The notes under the pieces: model-generated
Seen by the model: the letters and a program-made list of their open reading frames with translations, nothing else
The model's database searches: none
What the model was told of the DNA's origin: nothing
Made by a program: the position numbers and the translations under genes
From: an uncultured Clostridia bacterium
Lineage (GTDB): Bacteria > Bacillota > Clostridia > Oscillospirales > QAMX01
Direction of reading: 5' to 3'
Assembly: GCA_944376195.1 (NCBI GenBank)
Contig: CALWBW010000005.1
Location: 5,941 to 69,940, forward strand
DNA: 64,000 nucleotides
Shown here: piece by piece, positions 10,008 through 18,641 of the stretch
Position numbering within the stretch: the first letter of the stretch is position 1
How the letters are laid out: every line of letters begins with the position of its first letter

Positions 10008-10205
10008 ATGAAAAAGGATCGAACTGAGGAAGATCTGCCGTTGGGATTTGGAATGTTGCTAGCTCGAAATGCTGAGGCTATGAATCGTTTCCGTGCGCTT
10101 CCAGATGAAGAAAAGCAAACGATTATTGATACAGCTGCAAAAATGAATTCCCAAAAAGATATGCGGGCGTATGTCGATCAAATCATACGCGGAACATTCT
10201 CGTAA
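10008..10205 (+). CDS. small hypothetical protein (65 aa)
   Basis: Internal ATG 10008 of ORF 9846..10205, with GAGGTG 6 nt upstream; the rest of the ORF overlaps the fructokinase gene. No recognisable domain. Confidence 0.5.
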   Translation: MKKDRTEEDLPLGFGMLLARNAEAMNRFRALPDEEKQTIIDTAAKMNSQKDMRAYVDQIIRGTFS

Positions 10206-10208
10206 GAA

Positions 10209-10248
10209 TTTTCAACACCCCAAGGAAATTTCCTTGGGGTGTTGAAAA
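10209..10248. terminator. perfect 20+20 nt palindrome, likely a terminator/insulator before the tRNA promoter
   Basis: TTTTCAACACCCCAAGGAAA|TTTCCTTGGGGTGTTGAAAA, immediately after the stop at 10205. Confidence 0.5.
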
Positions 10249-10253
10249 AAGTA

Positions 10254-10282
10254 TTGACAAGCCGTATGGCTCATGCTATAAT
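10254..10282 (+). promoter_or_regulatory. perfect consensus sigma-A promoter for tRNA-Ala (TTGACA-17-TATAAT)
   Basis: TTGACA at 10254-10259 and TATAAT at 10277-10282. The tRNA begins about 24 nt after the predicted start site. Confidence 0.6.
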
Positions 10283-10312
10283 ATAGCACGTTGATTGAAA
10301 ACTCGTGCATCT

Positions 10313-10388
<76 letters not shown>

Positions 10389-10563
10389 GAAAAGTCCTGA
10401 AATCGTTTGATTTTGGGGCTTTTTCTTGTATTTTAGTCAAAATGAAAAATAGACATTAGTTGCTGGAGCAATTTGCAAAACATTAGTTATTATGGTTGAA
10501 ATCTAAAAAGTATGGTTGTTTGCAGTATCGGGTCTGCAACCATATTACGGAAGGCGGTTTTCC

Positions 10564-11016
10564 ATGAAAAAGCGGACTTTTTGGATTGTAATGTGTATAC
10601 TTTCCATATGTAATGGGGCCTTTTTCTTTAAGGCATCATATAATGCCATGAATAGAGGGATAGAGGGTGTTGATAATCAAGCAGGGTTACTCTTTATCCC
10701 GGTTCTTTGGGTCATGGCGGTACTTGTGCTCGTTATGATAGCCGTATTTACATGGGTATTTGGAAAGCAAATGAATAAGGATCGAATAATTTGGCTTAGA
10801 AACCCGGTTCAACTGTCTGGACTGTCGCCAAAAGAAAAAGTTTGTAGGATGATTTTTATTTTCGCAACCGGTTTTCTGATGTTATTGGGATATGGTTTAT
10901 TTGCAAATGATCCAGTCTGGGCTGTTGCTTATGCGTTCTCGGGCGGCGCACTGTTTGTGTTTCTTCATACGTGGATCAAAGCATCAGTGCAGCATCATCA
11001 GGGTCAAAATAGCTGA
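10564..11016 (+). CDS. hypothetical multi-pass membrane protein
   Basis: ORF 10516..11016. ATG 10564 (MKKRTFWIVMCILS...) has GGAAGG upstream. About 4 hydrophobic segments and no recognisable domain. Confidence 0.55.
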   Translation: MKKRTFWIVMCILSICNGAFFFKASYNAMNRGIEGVDNQAGLLFIPVLWVMAVLVLVMIAVFTWVFGKQMNKDRIIWLRNPVQLSGLSPKEKVCRMIFIFATGFLMLLGYGLFANDPVWAVAYAFSGGALFVFLHTWIKASVQHHQGQNS

Positions 11017-11075
11017 GTGAAAATGTTTCGTTTCATTTACAGTCTTTTTGCGTGATTAAAATAAGGAGAGAAGCT

Positions 11076-11483
11076 ATGAGGGTATTAATTATTGACGCGC
11101 AAGGCGGCGGCGTGGGGCGTTACCTGGTTGCCATGATTAAGCAACGGCTTCCACAAATAGAAATCACGGCAGTGGGAACGAACAGTACGGCGACAACAGC
11201 GATGCTGAAGGCGGGCGCCGATCATGCGGCAACAGGGGAAAACGCCGTTGTAGTCTGCTGCAGAAAGGCAGACGTCATTATTGGTCCGGTTGGAATTGTA
11301 ATTGCGGATTCTTTATATGGGGAGATTACGCCTGCTATGGCAAAAGCGGTGGGGCAGAGTTTGGCAAAACGCATTCTCATTCCTATTAATCACTGTGATA
11401 ACATGATTGTGGGCGTCCCGGATCTGAATATTGGGAAATTGGCCCAGCAGGCTGTTGCGATACTGGAAGAGCTGGATGGTTGA
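11076..11483 (+). CDS. DUF3842-family protein
   Basis: MRVLIIDAQGGGVGRYLV...ITAVGTNSTATTAMLKAGAD...GPVGIVIADSLYGEITPAMA matches my recollection of the DUF3842 family. ATG 11076 has AAGGAGAG upstream. Confidence 0.7.
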   Translation: MRVLIIDAQGGGVGRYLVAMIKQRLPQIEITAVGTNSTATTAMLKAGADHAATGENAVVVCCRKADVIIGPVGIVIADSLYGEITPAMAKAVGQSLAKRILIPINHCDNMIVGVPDLNIGKLAQQAVAILEELDG

Positions 11484-11581
11484 CAGGCAGTGGTATTTGT
11501 TATAAAATTTCTTTGTCTTTATCGTGACGGCATGCAGGAGAAAACCAAATCTTGCGTTGTATGACCAGGACATGTGAGGAA

Positions 11582-11618
11582 GGCATGCGGTGTTTCCAAA
11601 ACATCGTACGCCTTTTTT
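11582..11618 (+). terminator. intrinsic terminator between the DUF3842 gene and larE (gene terminator or larEBC leader attenuator)
   Basis: GGCATGCGGTGT-ttccaaa-ACATCGTACGCC (11 of 12 positions pair, including G-U) followed by TTTTTT (11613-11618). An upstream copy of GGCATGC (about 11529-11535) could compete. Confidence 0.5.
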
Positions 11619-11721
11619 GTTGGTTTCTAAAAATGCATTTACATCTAGTACTGGAATGAAGGAAAATCGAAAATATAGAAAACTTGCAATATTTGCCGCA
11701 AGACGACAGGAGTGAGGAAAC

Positions 11722-12468
11722 ATGGAGTTATCAGAATTCTTTCAAAAATATCCAAAAGTAGCGCTTGCTTTTTCCGGAGGAGTAGATTCTGCCTATTTGC
11801 TTTATGCGGCTATCAAGGAAAATGCGGAAGTGCAGGCATACTATGTCAAGTCGTCCTTTCAACCACAGTTTGAATTGGAAGATGCAAAACGTCTGGCGGA
11901 ACAACTCCATGCCCGATATAAAATTTTAGATTTGGATGTACTTTCGGATGCTCGGATTGCCAAGAATCCTGCGGATCGCTGTTATTATTGTAAAAAACGA
12001 ATTTTTGAAGCAATTTTGGATGCGGCACGGCAAGACGGTTTCTCTGTCTTGATAGACGGAACAAACGCATCAGACGATGCAGGAGACCGACCGGGGATGC
12101 GTGCCTTGCGGGAGCTTTCTGTGCATTCTCCCCTGAGAGAGTGTGGGATCACAAAAGAGGAGGTCCGGAAGCGCTCGAAGGAAGCTGGGCTGTTTACCTG
12201 GAACAAACCGGCCTATGCGTGTCTGGCGACCCGGATTTCCTCGGGGACAGGTTTGACAGAACGTGCGCTCCGGGTGACAGAGACCGCAGAAGCCTATCTT
12301 TCTTCCCTGGGTTTTACAGATTTTCGCATTAGAATGCTGGACAATGCCGCAAAAATTCAAATTCCGGAAGAACAGTTTCCCAAAATATTTGCTATGCGGG
12401 AAAAAGTTACAGACGAACTGAGAAAGTATTATGATGCAGTTTTATTGGATATGGAGGCACGCGGATGA
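11722..12468 (+). CDS. larE: ATP-dependent sacrificial sulfur transferase LarE (PP-loop ATP pyrophosphatase family)
   Basis: PP-loop FSGGVDSAYLLYAA, CYYCKK motif, size about 248 aa. Directly followed by larB (ATGA overlap) and larC. Confidence 0.85.
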   Translation: MELSEFFQKYPKVALAFSGGVDSAYLLYAAIKENAEVQAYYVKSSFQPQFELEDAKRLAEQLHARYKILDLDVLSDARIAKNPADRCYYCKKRIFEAILDAARQDGFSVLIDGTNASDDAGDRPGMRALRELSVHSPLRECGITKEEVRKRSKEAGLFTWNKPAYACLATRISSGTGLTERALRVTETAEAYLSSLGFTDFRIRMLDNAAKIQIPEEQFPKIFAMREKVTDELRKYYDAVLLDMEARG

Positions 12469-13226
12469 ACAATGAAACAAAACGGATTTTGGAAGCGGTA
12501 CGGGATGGGAAAATATCGGTAGACGAGGCGCTACTTCAAATAAAAACGGAGCCTTTTACAGATATTGGTTATGCAAAAGTAGATTTACACCGCAAAATCC
12601 GTCAGGGCATGGCGGAGGTGATTTATGGCGCGGGAAAAACGCCGGAGCAGATTATCGGGATTGCGCGTACGATGATAGGCAAAGGTCAAAACACGATCCT
12701 CATTACCCGTCTTTCGTCGGATGCCGCCAAGGAAATTTTTAAGGATATTCCTCTGCGATATGAGGCTGTCGCTCGTGTTGGGATAATTGGTACATTGCCG
12801 GAACCGGATGGTATGGGCAAAATCGTAGTGGCAACAGGGGGTACCAGCGACATTCCTGTGGCGGAAGAAGCGGCATTGACGGCAGAAGTATTTGGAAATC
12901 AGGTTCTCAGGCTGTATGACGTTGGCGTGGCAGGGCTGCATCGGCTGCTTGCACATTTGGAAGAAATTATGAGTGCCAGCGTCATTATTGCAATTGCAGG
13001 TATGGAGGGAGCACTTGCCAGTGTGATTGGCGGACTGGCAGACTGCCCTGTGATAGCCGTTCCTACGAGCGTGGGCTATGGAGCTGCGTTTGGCGGGGTC
13101 TCCGCGCTGTTGTCGATGCTGAATTCCTGTGCAAGCGGGGTATCGGTGGTCAATATTGATAACGGTTTTGGCGCGGGATATTTGGCGAGCATGATAAATC
13201 ATATGGCTGCCGGAAAGGAATTGTAA
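12465..13226 (+). CDS. larB: nickel-pincer cofactor biosynthesis protein LarB (pyridinium-3,5-biscarboxylic acid mononucleotide synthase, PurE-like)
   Basis: KVDLHRKIRQGMAEVIYGAGKT..., GGTSDIPVAEEA and IAIAGMEGALASV(I)GG motifs, typical of LarB / AIR-carboxylase-like proteins. Confidence 0.9.
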   Translation: MNNETKRILEAVRDGKISVDEALLQIKTEPFTDIGYAKVDLHRKIRQGMAEVIYGAGKTPEQIIGIARTMIGKGQNTILITRLSSDAAKEIFKDIPLRYEAVARVGIIGTLPEPDGMGKIVVATGGTSDIPVAEEAALTAEVFGNQVLRLYDVGVAGLHRLLAHLEEIMSASVIIAIAGMEGALASVIGGLADCPVIAVPTSVGYGAAFGGVSALLSMLNSCASGVSVVNIDNGFGAGYLASMINHMAAGKEL

Positions 13227-13227
13227 G

Positions 13228-14598
13228 ATGAAAACATTATATTTAGATTGTGGTATGGGTGCAGCAGGGGATATGCTGACGGCTGCATTATTGGAACTTT
13301 TACCGGAACCGGATCATTTTTTAGAGAGACTCAAAGACCTTGGGATCCCTGGTGTCTCCATATCTCGGGAACGCGTATCCAAGTGCGGCGTATTTGGAAC
13401 GCATATCAGCGTAAAAGTGCATGGAGAGGAAGAAGAGAGTGCCGATGTTTCCGAATTTGCGCACACTCATAGTCATGATCCCCACGACCACGCCCATGCC
13501 CATGAACATTCTCATGACCACGCACATGGTTATGAACATCCCCACGACCATGAGCACGCCCATGACCATATCCATCCCCACGACCACGCGCATCGATCTG
13601 GAGATCTCGGCGAGCATGATCACCTGCATGTACATACGCACCATCACAGTGGGCTTTCTGAAATGGAACATCTCGTAGCGGAGCTTCCAATACCGGAATC
13701 GGTACGTGCGGATGTACTGGCGGTTTATGGTCTGATTGCCGAGGCGGAGAGCGTCGCGCATGGGGTTCCCGTCCACGAGGTCCATTTCCATGAAGTGGGG
13801 GCCATGGACGCAGTGGCGGATATTACGGCGGCGTGTCTTTTGATGCGGGAGTTGAATCCGGACGAGGTAATTGTTTCACCAATTCGCCTGGGAACGGGCC
13901 AGGTGCGTTGTGCACATGGGATTTTGCCGGTGCCGGCTCCTGCAACTGCCTATATTCTGCGGGATGTGCCTGTTTATGGAGGAACTATCAGAGGAGAACT
14001 CTGCACCCCGACGGGCGCTGCACTTTTAAAACATTTTGCTACGGGATTCGGCGCTATGCCTGTGATGAAAGTAACCCGCATTGGTTATGGAATGGGGAAA
14101 AAAGATTTTGAAGCGGCAAACTGTGTCAGAGCCATGTGGGGAGAAAGCCAAGATCAATCGGACTTGGTGCTGGAATTATCCTGCAATGTAGATGATATGA
14201 CGGCGGAAGCGGTTGGGTTTGCCATGGAGCGTCTGTTCGAAGGCGGTGCTTTGGAGGTCTACACGATTCCGATTGGCATGAAAAAATCCCGACCGGGCAC
14301 CTTGATTCGTGTAATGTGTCGGGAGTTGGATCGTGAGAAAATCATTGCGTTACTCTTTCGGTATACGACAACGATTGGTATTCGAGAAGCCGCAACGCGC
14401 CGGTATGTCCTGAAAAGGGAAGTTTCTACTTTGGCAACTCCGTATGGTGAAGTCCGGCGCAAGGAATCCACAGGGTATGGCGTTACGCGCAGGAAGTATG
14501 AATACGAAGATTTGGCGGAAATTGCCAGAAAAAAAGAAATTAGCTTGGAAGACGCCCGCTGCCTTATAGAAGCCTTGCACGAAAATGAGGTTTTTTGA
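13228..14598 (+). CDS. larC: nickel insertion protein LarC (pyridinium-3,5-bisthiocarboxylic acid mononucleotide nickel chelatase), single unsplit ORF
   Basis: N-terminus MKTLYLDCGMGAAGDM (DUF111/LarC), His-rich metal-binding insert, C-terminal LarC2-like domain (TTTIGIREA...). Confidence 0.9.
   Translation: MKTLYLDCGMGAAGDMLTAALLELLPEPDHFLERLKDLGIPGVSISRERVSKCGVFGTHISVKVHGEEEESADVSEFAHTHSHDPHDHAHAHEHSHDHAHGYEHPHDHEHAHDHIHPHDHAHRSGDLGEHDHLHVHTHHHSGLSEMEHLVAELPIPESVRADVLAVYGLIAEAESVAHGVPVHEVHFHEVGAMDAVADITAACLLMRELNPDEVIVSPIRLGTGQVRCAHGILPVPAPATAYILRDVPVYGGTIRGELCTPTGAALLKHFATGFGAMPVMKVTRIGYGMGKKDFEAANCVRAMWGESQDQSDLVLELSCNVDDMTAEAVGFAMERLFEGGALEVYTIPIGMKKSRPGTLIRVMCRELDREKIIALLFRYTTTIGIREAATRRYVLKREVSTLATPYGEVRRKESTGYGVTRRKYEYEDLAEIARKKEISLEDARCLIEALHENEVF
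13462..13647 (+). other. His-rich low-complexity segment of LarC (28 His in 62 residues)
   Basis: HTHSHDPHDHAHAHEHSHDHAHGYEHPHDHEHAHDHIHPHDHAHRSGDLGEHDHLHVHTHHH. The DNA shows degenerate CAT/CAC-GAC repeats. Confidence 0.9.
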
Positions 14599-14624
14599 TT
14601 TTTTCAGGCCGCGGGGCTGCGAAT

Positions 14625-14660
14625 AAAAAGTCTCGGTGTCTTTTACACCGAGACTTTTTT
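14625..14660. terminator. bidirectional terminator between the convergent larC and citrate synthase genes
   Basis: AAAAAGTCTCGGTGT-ctttt-ACACCGAGACTTTTTT, with A- and T-tracts on both sides. Confidence 0.7.
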
Positions 14661-14663
14661 AAT

Positions 14664-16031
14664 TTAAATTCGTTCTGCAAGAGGTGTGTAGACTGCTTCG
14701 TCGGAAACACTGAGATAGGAGGGACGGATAATTTTATCCATATTAATCAGCTCTTCGAGTCGGTGTGCGCTCCAACCAACAATACGGGCAACAGCAAACA
14801 TGGGCGTAAACAGCTCTTTGGGAAGCCCAAGCATACCATAAACAAAACCGCTGTAGAAATCCACATTGGCGGAAACGCCTTTGTAAATCCGGCGTTTTCT
14901 CGCGATCACCTGCGGCGCCAGTTCCTCAATCATGGTATAAAGCGCGAGATCCTTGTCAAGGCCCTTTTCCTTGGCCAGACTGGCGACAGAATCGCGGAAA
15001 ATCAAAGCGCGTGGATCGGATAAAGAATAAACTGCATGCCCCATCCCATAAATGAGGCCTGTTCGATCAAACGCTTCCCTGTCTACCAGTTTTTCCAGAT
15101 AATTTTCCACAGCGTCCCGGTCAGTAAGATCCTGCACGTGACTCTTCAAATCAGCAATCATTTCTACAACTTTAATGTTGGCACCTCCGTGTTTGGGCCC
15201 TTTCAAAGACGCCAAAGCAGCCGCAACCGAAGAGTAGGTATCGGTGCCGGAGGAGGTAACGACATGCATGGTAAAGCTGGAATTGTTACCGCCCCCATGT
15301 TCCATGTGGAGGACAAGCGCAAGGTCCAATACGCGCGCTTCCAGTTCAGAATAGCGCTTGTCCGGTCTCAGCATACGCAGGATGTTTTCCGCCATGGAAA
15401 GTTCGGGTTTCGGACGATGAATATAAAGGCTTTTATCACGCTGGTAGTGATTGTAGGAATGGAATCCATAAACAGCCAGCATGGGGAAAATGCCGATTAA
15501 TTTGATACACTGCCGAATCACATTGGGAATAGAAATATCATCGGCATATTTATCGTAGTTGGCAAGCGTCAAAACACTGCGGGAAAGTGTGTTCATCATA
15601 TCGGCCCGAGGCGCTTTCATGACCACATCACGGACAAAATTTGTCGGCAGCATCCGACAGGCAACGATCAATTTTTTAAAGTTTTCAAGTTCTGCAGCGT
15701 TGGGAAGTTTTCCAAATAGTAAAAGATAGGCGCTTTCCTCATATCCTAAACGGCCTTCGCGAATAAATCCTTCGGTTAAATCACGAATATCGATCCCGCG
15801 ATAAAATAAGCGTCCGTCGCACGGGACGTCTTGTCCGTTTACCTTTTGTGTGGACTGAATCTGGGAAATTTGCGTCAAACCTGCCAGAACACCTTTTCCG
15901 TTAATATCACGCAAACCACGTTTTACGTCGTATTTTGTATAAAGCGTTTTGTCGATTTGATTATCGCGCAGGCATATTTCCGCCAATTTCTTGATTTCCT
16001 GAGAGGAAGACCATTGAACGGTTGTGTTCAT
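14664..16031 (-). CDS. citrate synthase (citrate/2-methylcitrate synthase family)
   Basis: ORF 14664..16055. ATG 16031 preferred (AAAGGAG 8 nt upstream). Catalytic-region motifs LIYGMGHAVY and HGGANI. Confidence 0.9.
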   Translation of the reverse strand: MNTTVQWSSSQEIKKLAEICLRDNQIDKTLYTKYDVKRGLRDINGKGVLAGLTQISQIQSTQKVNGQDVPCDGRLFYRGIDIRDLTEGFIREGRLGYEESAYLLLFGKLPNAAELENFKKLIVACRMLPTNFVRDVVMKAPRADMMNTLSRSVLTLANYDKYADDISIPNVIRQCIKLIGIFPMLAVYGFHSYNHYQRDKSLYIHRPKPELSMAENILRMLRPDKRYSELEARVLDLALVLHMEHGGGNNSSFTMHVVTSSGTDTYSSVAAALASLKGPKHGGANIKVVEMIADLKSHVQDLTDRDAVENYLEKLVDREAFDRTGLIYGMGHAVYSLSDPRALIFRDSVASLAKEKGLDKDLALYTMIEELAPQVIARKRRIYKGVSANVDFYSGFVYGMLGLPKELFTPMFAVARIVGWSAHRLEELINMDKIIRPSYLSVSDEAVYTPLAERI

Positions 16032-16104
16032 ACATACACTCCTTTCATCTTTCAATCAATACATTTATAAATTATTTGATTTAGTATATCATAAAATTAT
16101 TTCG

Positions 16105-16122
16105 ACAATTTGCCCAAATTGT
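16105..16122. promoter_or_regulatory. perfect 8-2-8 palindrome ACAATTTG-cc-CAAATTGT upstream of citrate synthase (candidate operator)
   Basis: Seen directly. It lies 74-91 nt upstream of the citrate synthase ATG, adjacent to an ATAA-aa-TTAT element (16091-16100). Confidence 0.3.
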
Positions 16123-16294
16123 AAATGAATCATGAACATAAAAAGGAAGAGAAAAGATGGGCCTTGCTTGAAGTGTATGTATTCGACCAAAAAATGTGAT
16201 ATTTTTCAAAGATTAATTGCAAAATACTAAGAAATTGTGCATAAAATCTGTGAAGAAATAAATCAGTTAAAAATTGGAAGACTGGGGGAAATGC

Positions 16295-16324
16295 TTGACA
16301 GAATTCAAAAGACAGAGGTATAAT
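16295..16324 (+). promoter_or_regulatory. candidate sigma-A promoter (TTGACA-18-TATAAT)
   Basis: TTGACA at 16295-16300 and TATAAT at 16319-16324, upstream of the 16372 gene. Confidence 0.5.
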
Positions 16325-16371
16325 AAAAAGAACAAGCGGAAAAAGTTAGATACAGCTTTAAGGGGTGTTTT

Positions 16372-16863
16372 GTGAGTTTTACGGATTTTTTTTCAACGGA
16401 TGCGGGAAAGACAATTCTCACGTTCCTCATTTCCATGGTTCCGATTTTTGAATGCCGCGCCGCAATTCCTACCGGCGTTGCCTGCGGATTACCGGCGGCG
16501 GTTGTTTTTGTAGTGTCTGCACTGGGGAACATTCTCCCGGTTCCTTTTATTATTCTTTTTATTCGAAAAATATTTGATTGGCTTCGACGGAAAAACGCGA
16601 AGCTTGAAAAATTTGTTGCCCGTATGGAGGCCCGTGCAGAGGGGAAGGCAAAAAAAATCCGTAATTATAGTGCGATTGGTTTAATTTTATTTGTAGGTGT
16701 GCCCTTGCCGGGTACCGGAGCCTGGACCGGTGCCTTTATCGCTGCGATGCTTGGGCTAAAAATGCGGCATGCATTACCGGCGATTTCTTTGGGAGTAATA
16801 ATTGCCTGTGTCCTGGTGATGTTTCTCTCTCTTGGCGCGAAAGCTGCGATTCAATTGCTATAA
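16372..16863 (+). CDS. small multidrug-export-like membrane protein (COG2426 / Sm_multidrug_ex family)
   Basis: GTG start with AAGGGGTG upstream. ...LISMVPIFECRAAIPTGV... and ...GVPLPGTGAWTGAFIAA... resemble this family. Confidence 0.65.
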   Translation: MSFTDFFSTDAGKTILTFLISMVPIFECRAAIPTGVACGLPAAVVFVVSALGNILPVPFIILFIRKIFDWLRRKNAKLEKFVARMEARAEGKAKKIRNYSAIGLILFVGVPLPGTGAWTGAFIAAMLGLKMRHALPAISLGVIIACVLVMFLSLGAKAAIQLL

Positions 16864-16896
16864 AGGTTCGTATCATTAGAAAAGGAAGCGTTTCCC

Positions 16897-18576
16897 ATGT
16901 CTCGTCAAAAAGAACGTCCACAAACTTTTATGTCCAGGGTGCTGTTTATCCTGATGTCTCAGGTAGTAATCAAGCTCCTGGGCCTTGTTTATCGGCTCGT
17001 TATCACCAATGTGGAAGGTTTTGGCAATATCGGCAACGGTTATTATAGTGCCGGATATCAAATCTATACGCTCCTGCTTGCGCTTTCATCGGTTGGTATT
17101 CCAAACGCCATATCTAAAATGGTTTCCGAACGACTGGCAGTTGGAAAGTACCGCCAGGCAAAACGGATTTTTAAAACTGCGTTATTGTTGTTTGCGGTAA
17201 TTGGCGCGTTTTTTTCCTTCCTCATGTATTTTGGCGCGGATTTTATTGCGCTTCGCATGATTCAGTTGGATGGCGTGCAATATACATTACAGGCCCTTGC
17301 TCCTTCGGTGTTTTTTGTTTGCATTTCTTCTGTCATCCGCGGCTATTTTTTGGGACATCAGGATGTTCGGGTTTCCGGAACATCGCAGGTGATTGAGCAA
17401 ATTTTTAAGACGACGCTGACAATTGTTTTTGTTCTGATGCTGGTGACTGAATCTGCGGAAATTATGGCAGCTGCCGCAAACTTTGCTACCACCGTTGCAA
17501 TAGTTATCAGCTTTTTGTATTTGTTGCTGTACTATCGTCATCATCGTGCAAAGCTCAACACCATTCCAGACGGCGCGCCTCCCGAAGCGCCAGATGATGC
17601 AGAGCATGGCTTTTTTCGTGTTGCAAGCAGCATTCTCTGGATTTCCATTCCAATTTCATTATCTTCTACCATTGCTGCATTTGCGCGTGTGATTGACACC
17701 GCTACGATTACACGTGGTATCACGGCTGCGTTTGGCGGCGGTATTCCAGGCGTTCCCGGTATTCCCACTGCGGATATGTTAAATGAAGAAGTGGCGCGTC
17801 TGTCCGGAATGCTTTCCAAGAGTGATATTATTACAAATCTTCCGTTGGCGCTCAATATTGCGTTTGCGACTGTACTGGTTCCGTCCATTGCTTCTGCGCT
17901 TGCAAAGGGCAACCGGAAAGAGGCGTCGGATCGTGTCAGCTATTCGCTACTGGTTTCGACACTGTTGATCCTTCCGTGTGCAACCGGCTTAATCACGCTT
18001 GCGCAGCCGATTTTTGATTTGATTTATCCGGCTACCAATGACGGTGCAGATTTGTTGCAATTAGCCGCGGTTGCGTTGATTTTTACGGCATTAGATCAGA
18101 CCATTTGTGGAGCCTTGCAAGGCATTGGAAAGGTATTTGCGCCGGCAATTGGTTTACTGTGCGGTGCCTTTGTAAAAGTGATATTGAATCTGATATTGAT
18201 CCGGATTCCATCCGTCAATATTTATGGTGCGGCATACAGTTCCATTGTCTGCCACGTTGTGGCTTTTTCGGTGTGTTTTTATTTGCTGCACCGTGCAATT
18301 CCCTTAAAAGTACCATTCGGAAAATTTGTTGTAAAGCCTGTTCTAGCTAATATTCTGATGGGCGCTTTTTCCATTGGTGCTTATGCGCTACTGTATCGGC
18401 TCACGAGTTCCAATGCGATTGGAACATTGGGTTCCATCGCATTGTCCGTTGCGTTTTATGCGATTGTAATTGCCGTTATGCGGGTTCTTGACCGCGATGA
18501 GCTTTTACAGCTGCCGGGTGGTGAGAAGCTGTATGCGTTGCTCTGCCGCGTTAAATTATATCGCGAGCATGAATGA
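16897..18576 (+). CDS. MOP-superfamily flippase (SpoVB / MurJ-like polysaccharide biosynthesis protein)
   Basis: 559 aa with about 14 TM segments. The N-terminus ...VVIKLLGLVYRLVITNVEGFGNIGNGYYSAGYQIYTLLLALSSVGIPNAISKMVSE is typical of SpoVB-type proteins. Confidence 0.8.
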   Translation: MSRQKERPQTFMSRVLFILMSQVVIKLLGLVYRLVITNVEGFGNIGNGYYSAGYQIYTLLLALSSVGIPNAISKMVSERLAVGKYRQAKRIFKTALLLFAVIGAFFSFLMYFGADFIALRMIQLDGVQYTLQALAPSVFFVCISSVIRGYFLGHQDVRVSGTSQVIEQIFKTTLTIVFVLMLVTESAEIMAAAANFATTVAIVISFLYLLLYYRHHRAKLNTIPDGAPPEAPDDAEHGFFRVASSILWISIPISLSSTIAAFARVIDTATITRGITAAFGGGIPGVPGIPTADMLNEEVARLSGMLSKSDIITNLPLALNIAFATVLVPSIASALAKGNRKEASDRVSYSLLVSTLLILPCATGLITLAQPIFDLIYPATNDGADLLQLAAVALIFTALDQTICGALQGIGKVFAPAIGLLCGAFVKVILNLILIRIPSVNIYGAAYSSIVCHVVAFSVCFYLLHRAIPLKVPFGKFVVKPVLANILMGAFSIGAYALLYRLTSSNAIGTLGSIALSVAFYAIVIAVMRVLDRDELLQLPGGEKLYALLCRVKLYREHE

Positions 18577-18597
18577 AAAATTTGAAATTATGGTATA

Positions 18598-18640
18598 TAA
18601 AAAAGCAGCTGCTCTGGTTTTCCAGGACAGCTGCTTTTTT
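18598..18640. terminator. bidirectional terminator between the convergent flippase and recR genes
   Basis: AAAAAAGCAGCTGCTCTGG-tttt-CCAGGACAGCTGCTTTTTT. Confidence 0.7.
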
Positions 18641-18641
18641 A

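Noticed and set aside
13462-13647. Repetitive CAT/CAC-GAC DNA that could be mistaken for a repeat array.
   Set aside because: It is in frame within larC and encodes the His-rich metal-binding insert. There is no spacer-repeat architecture.
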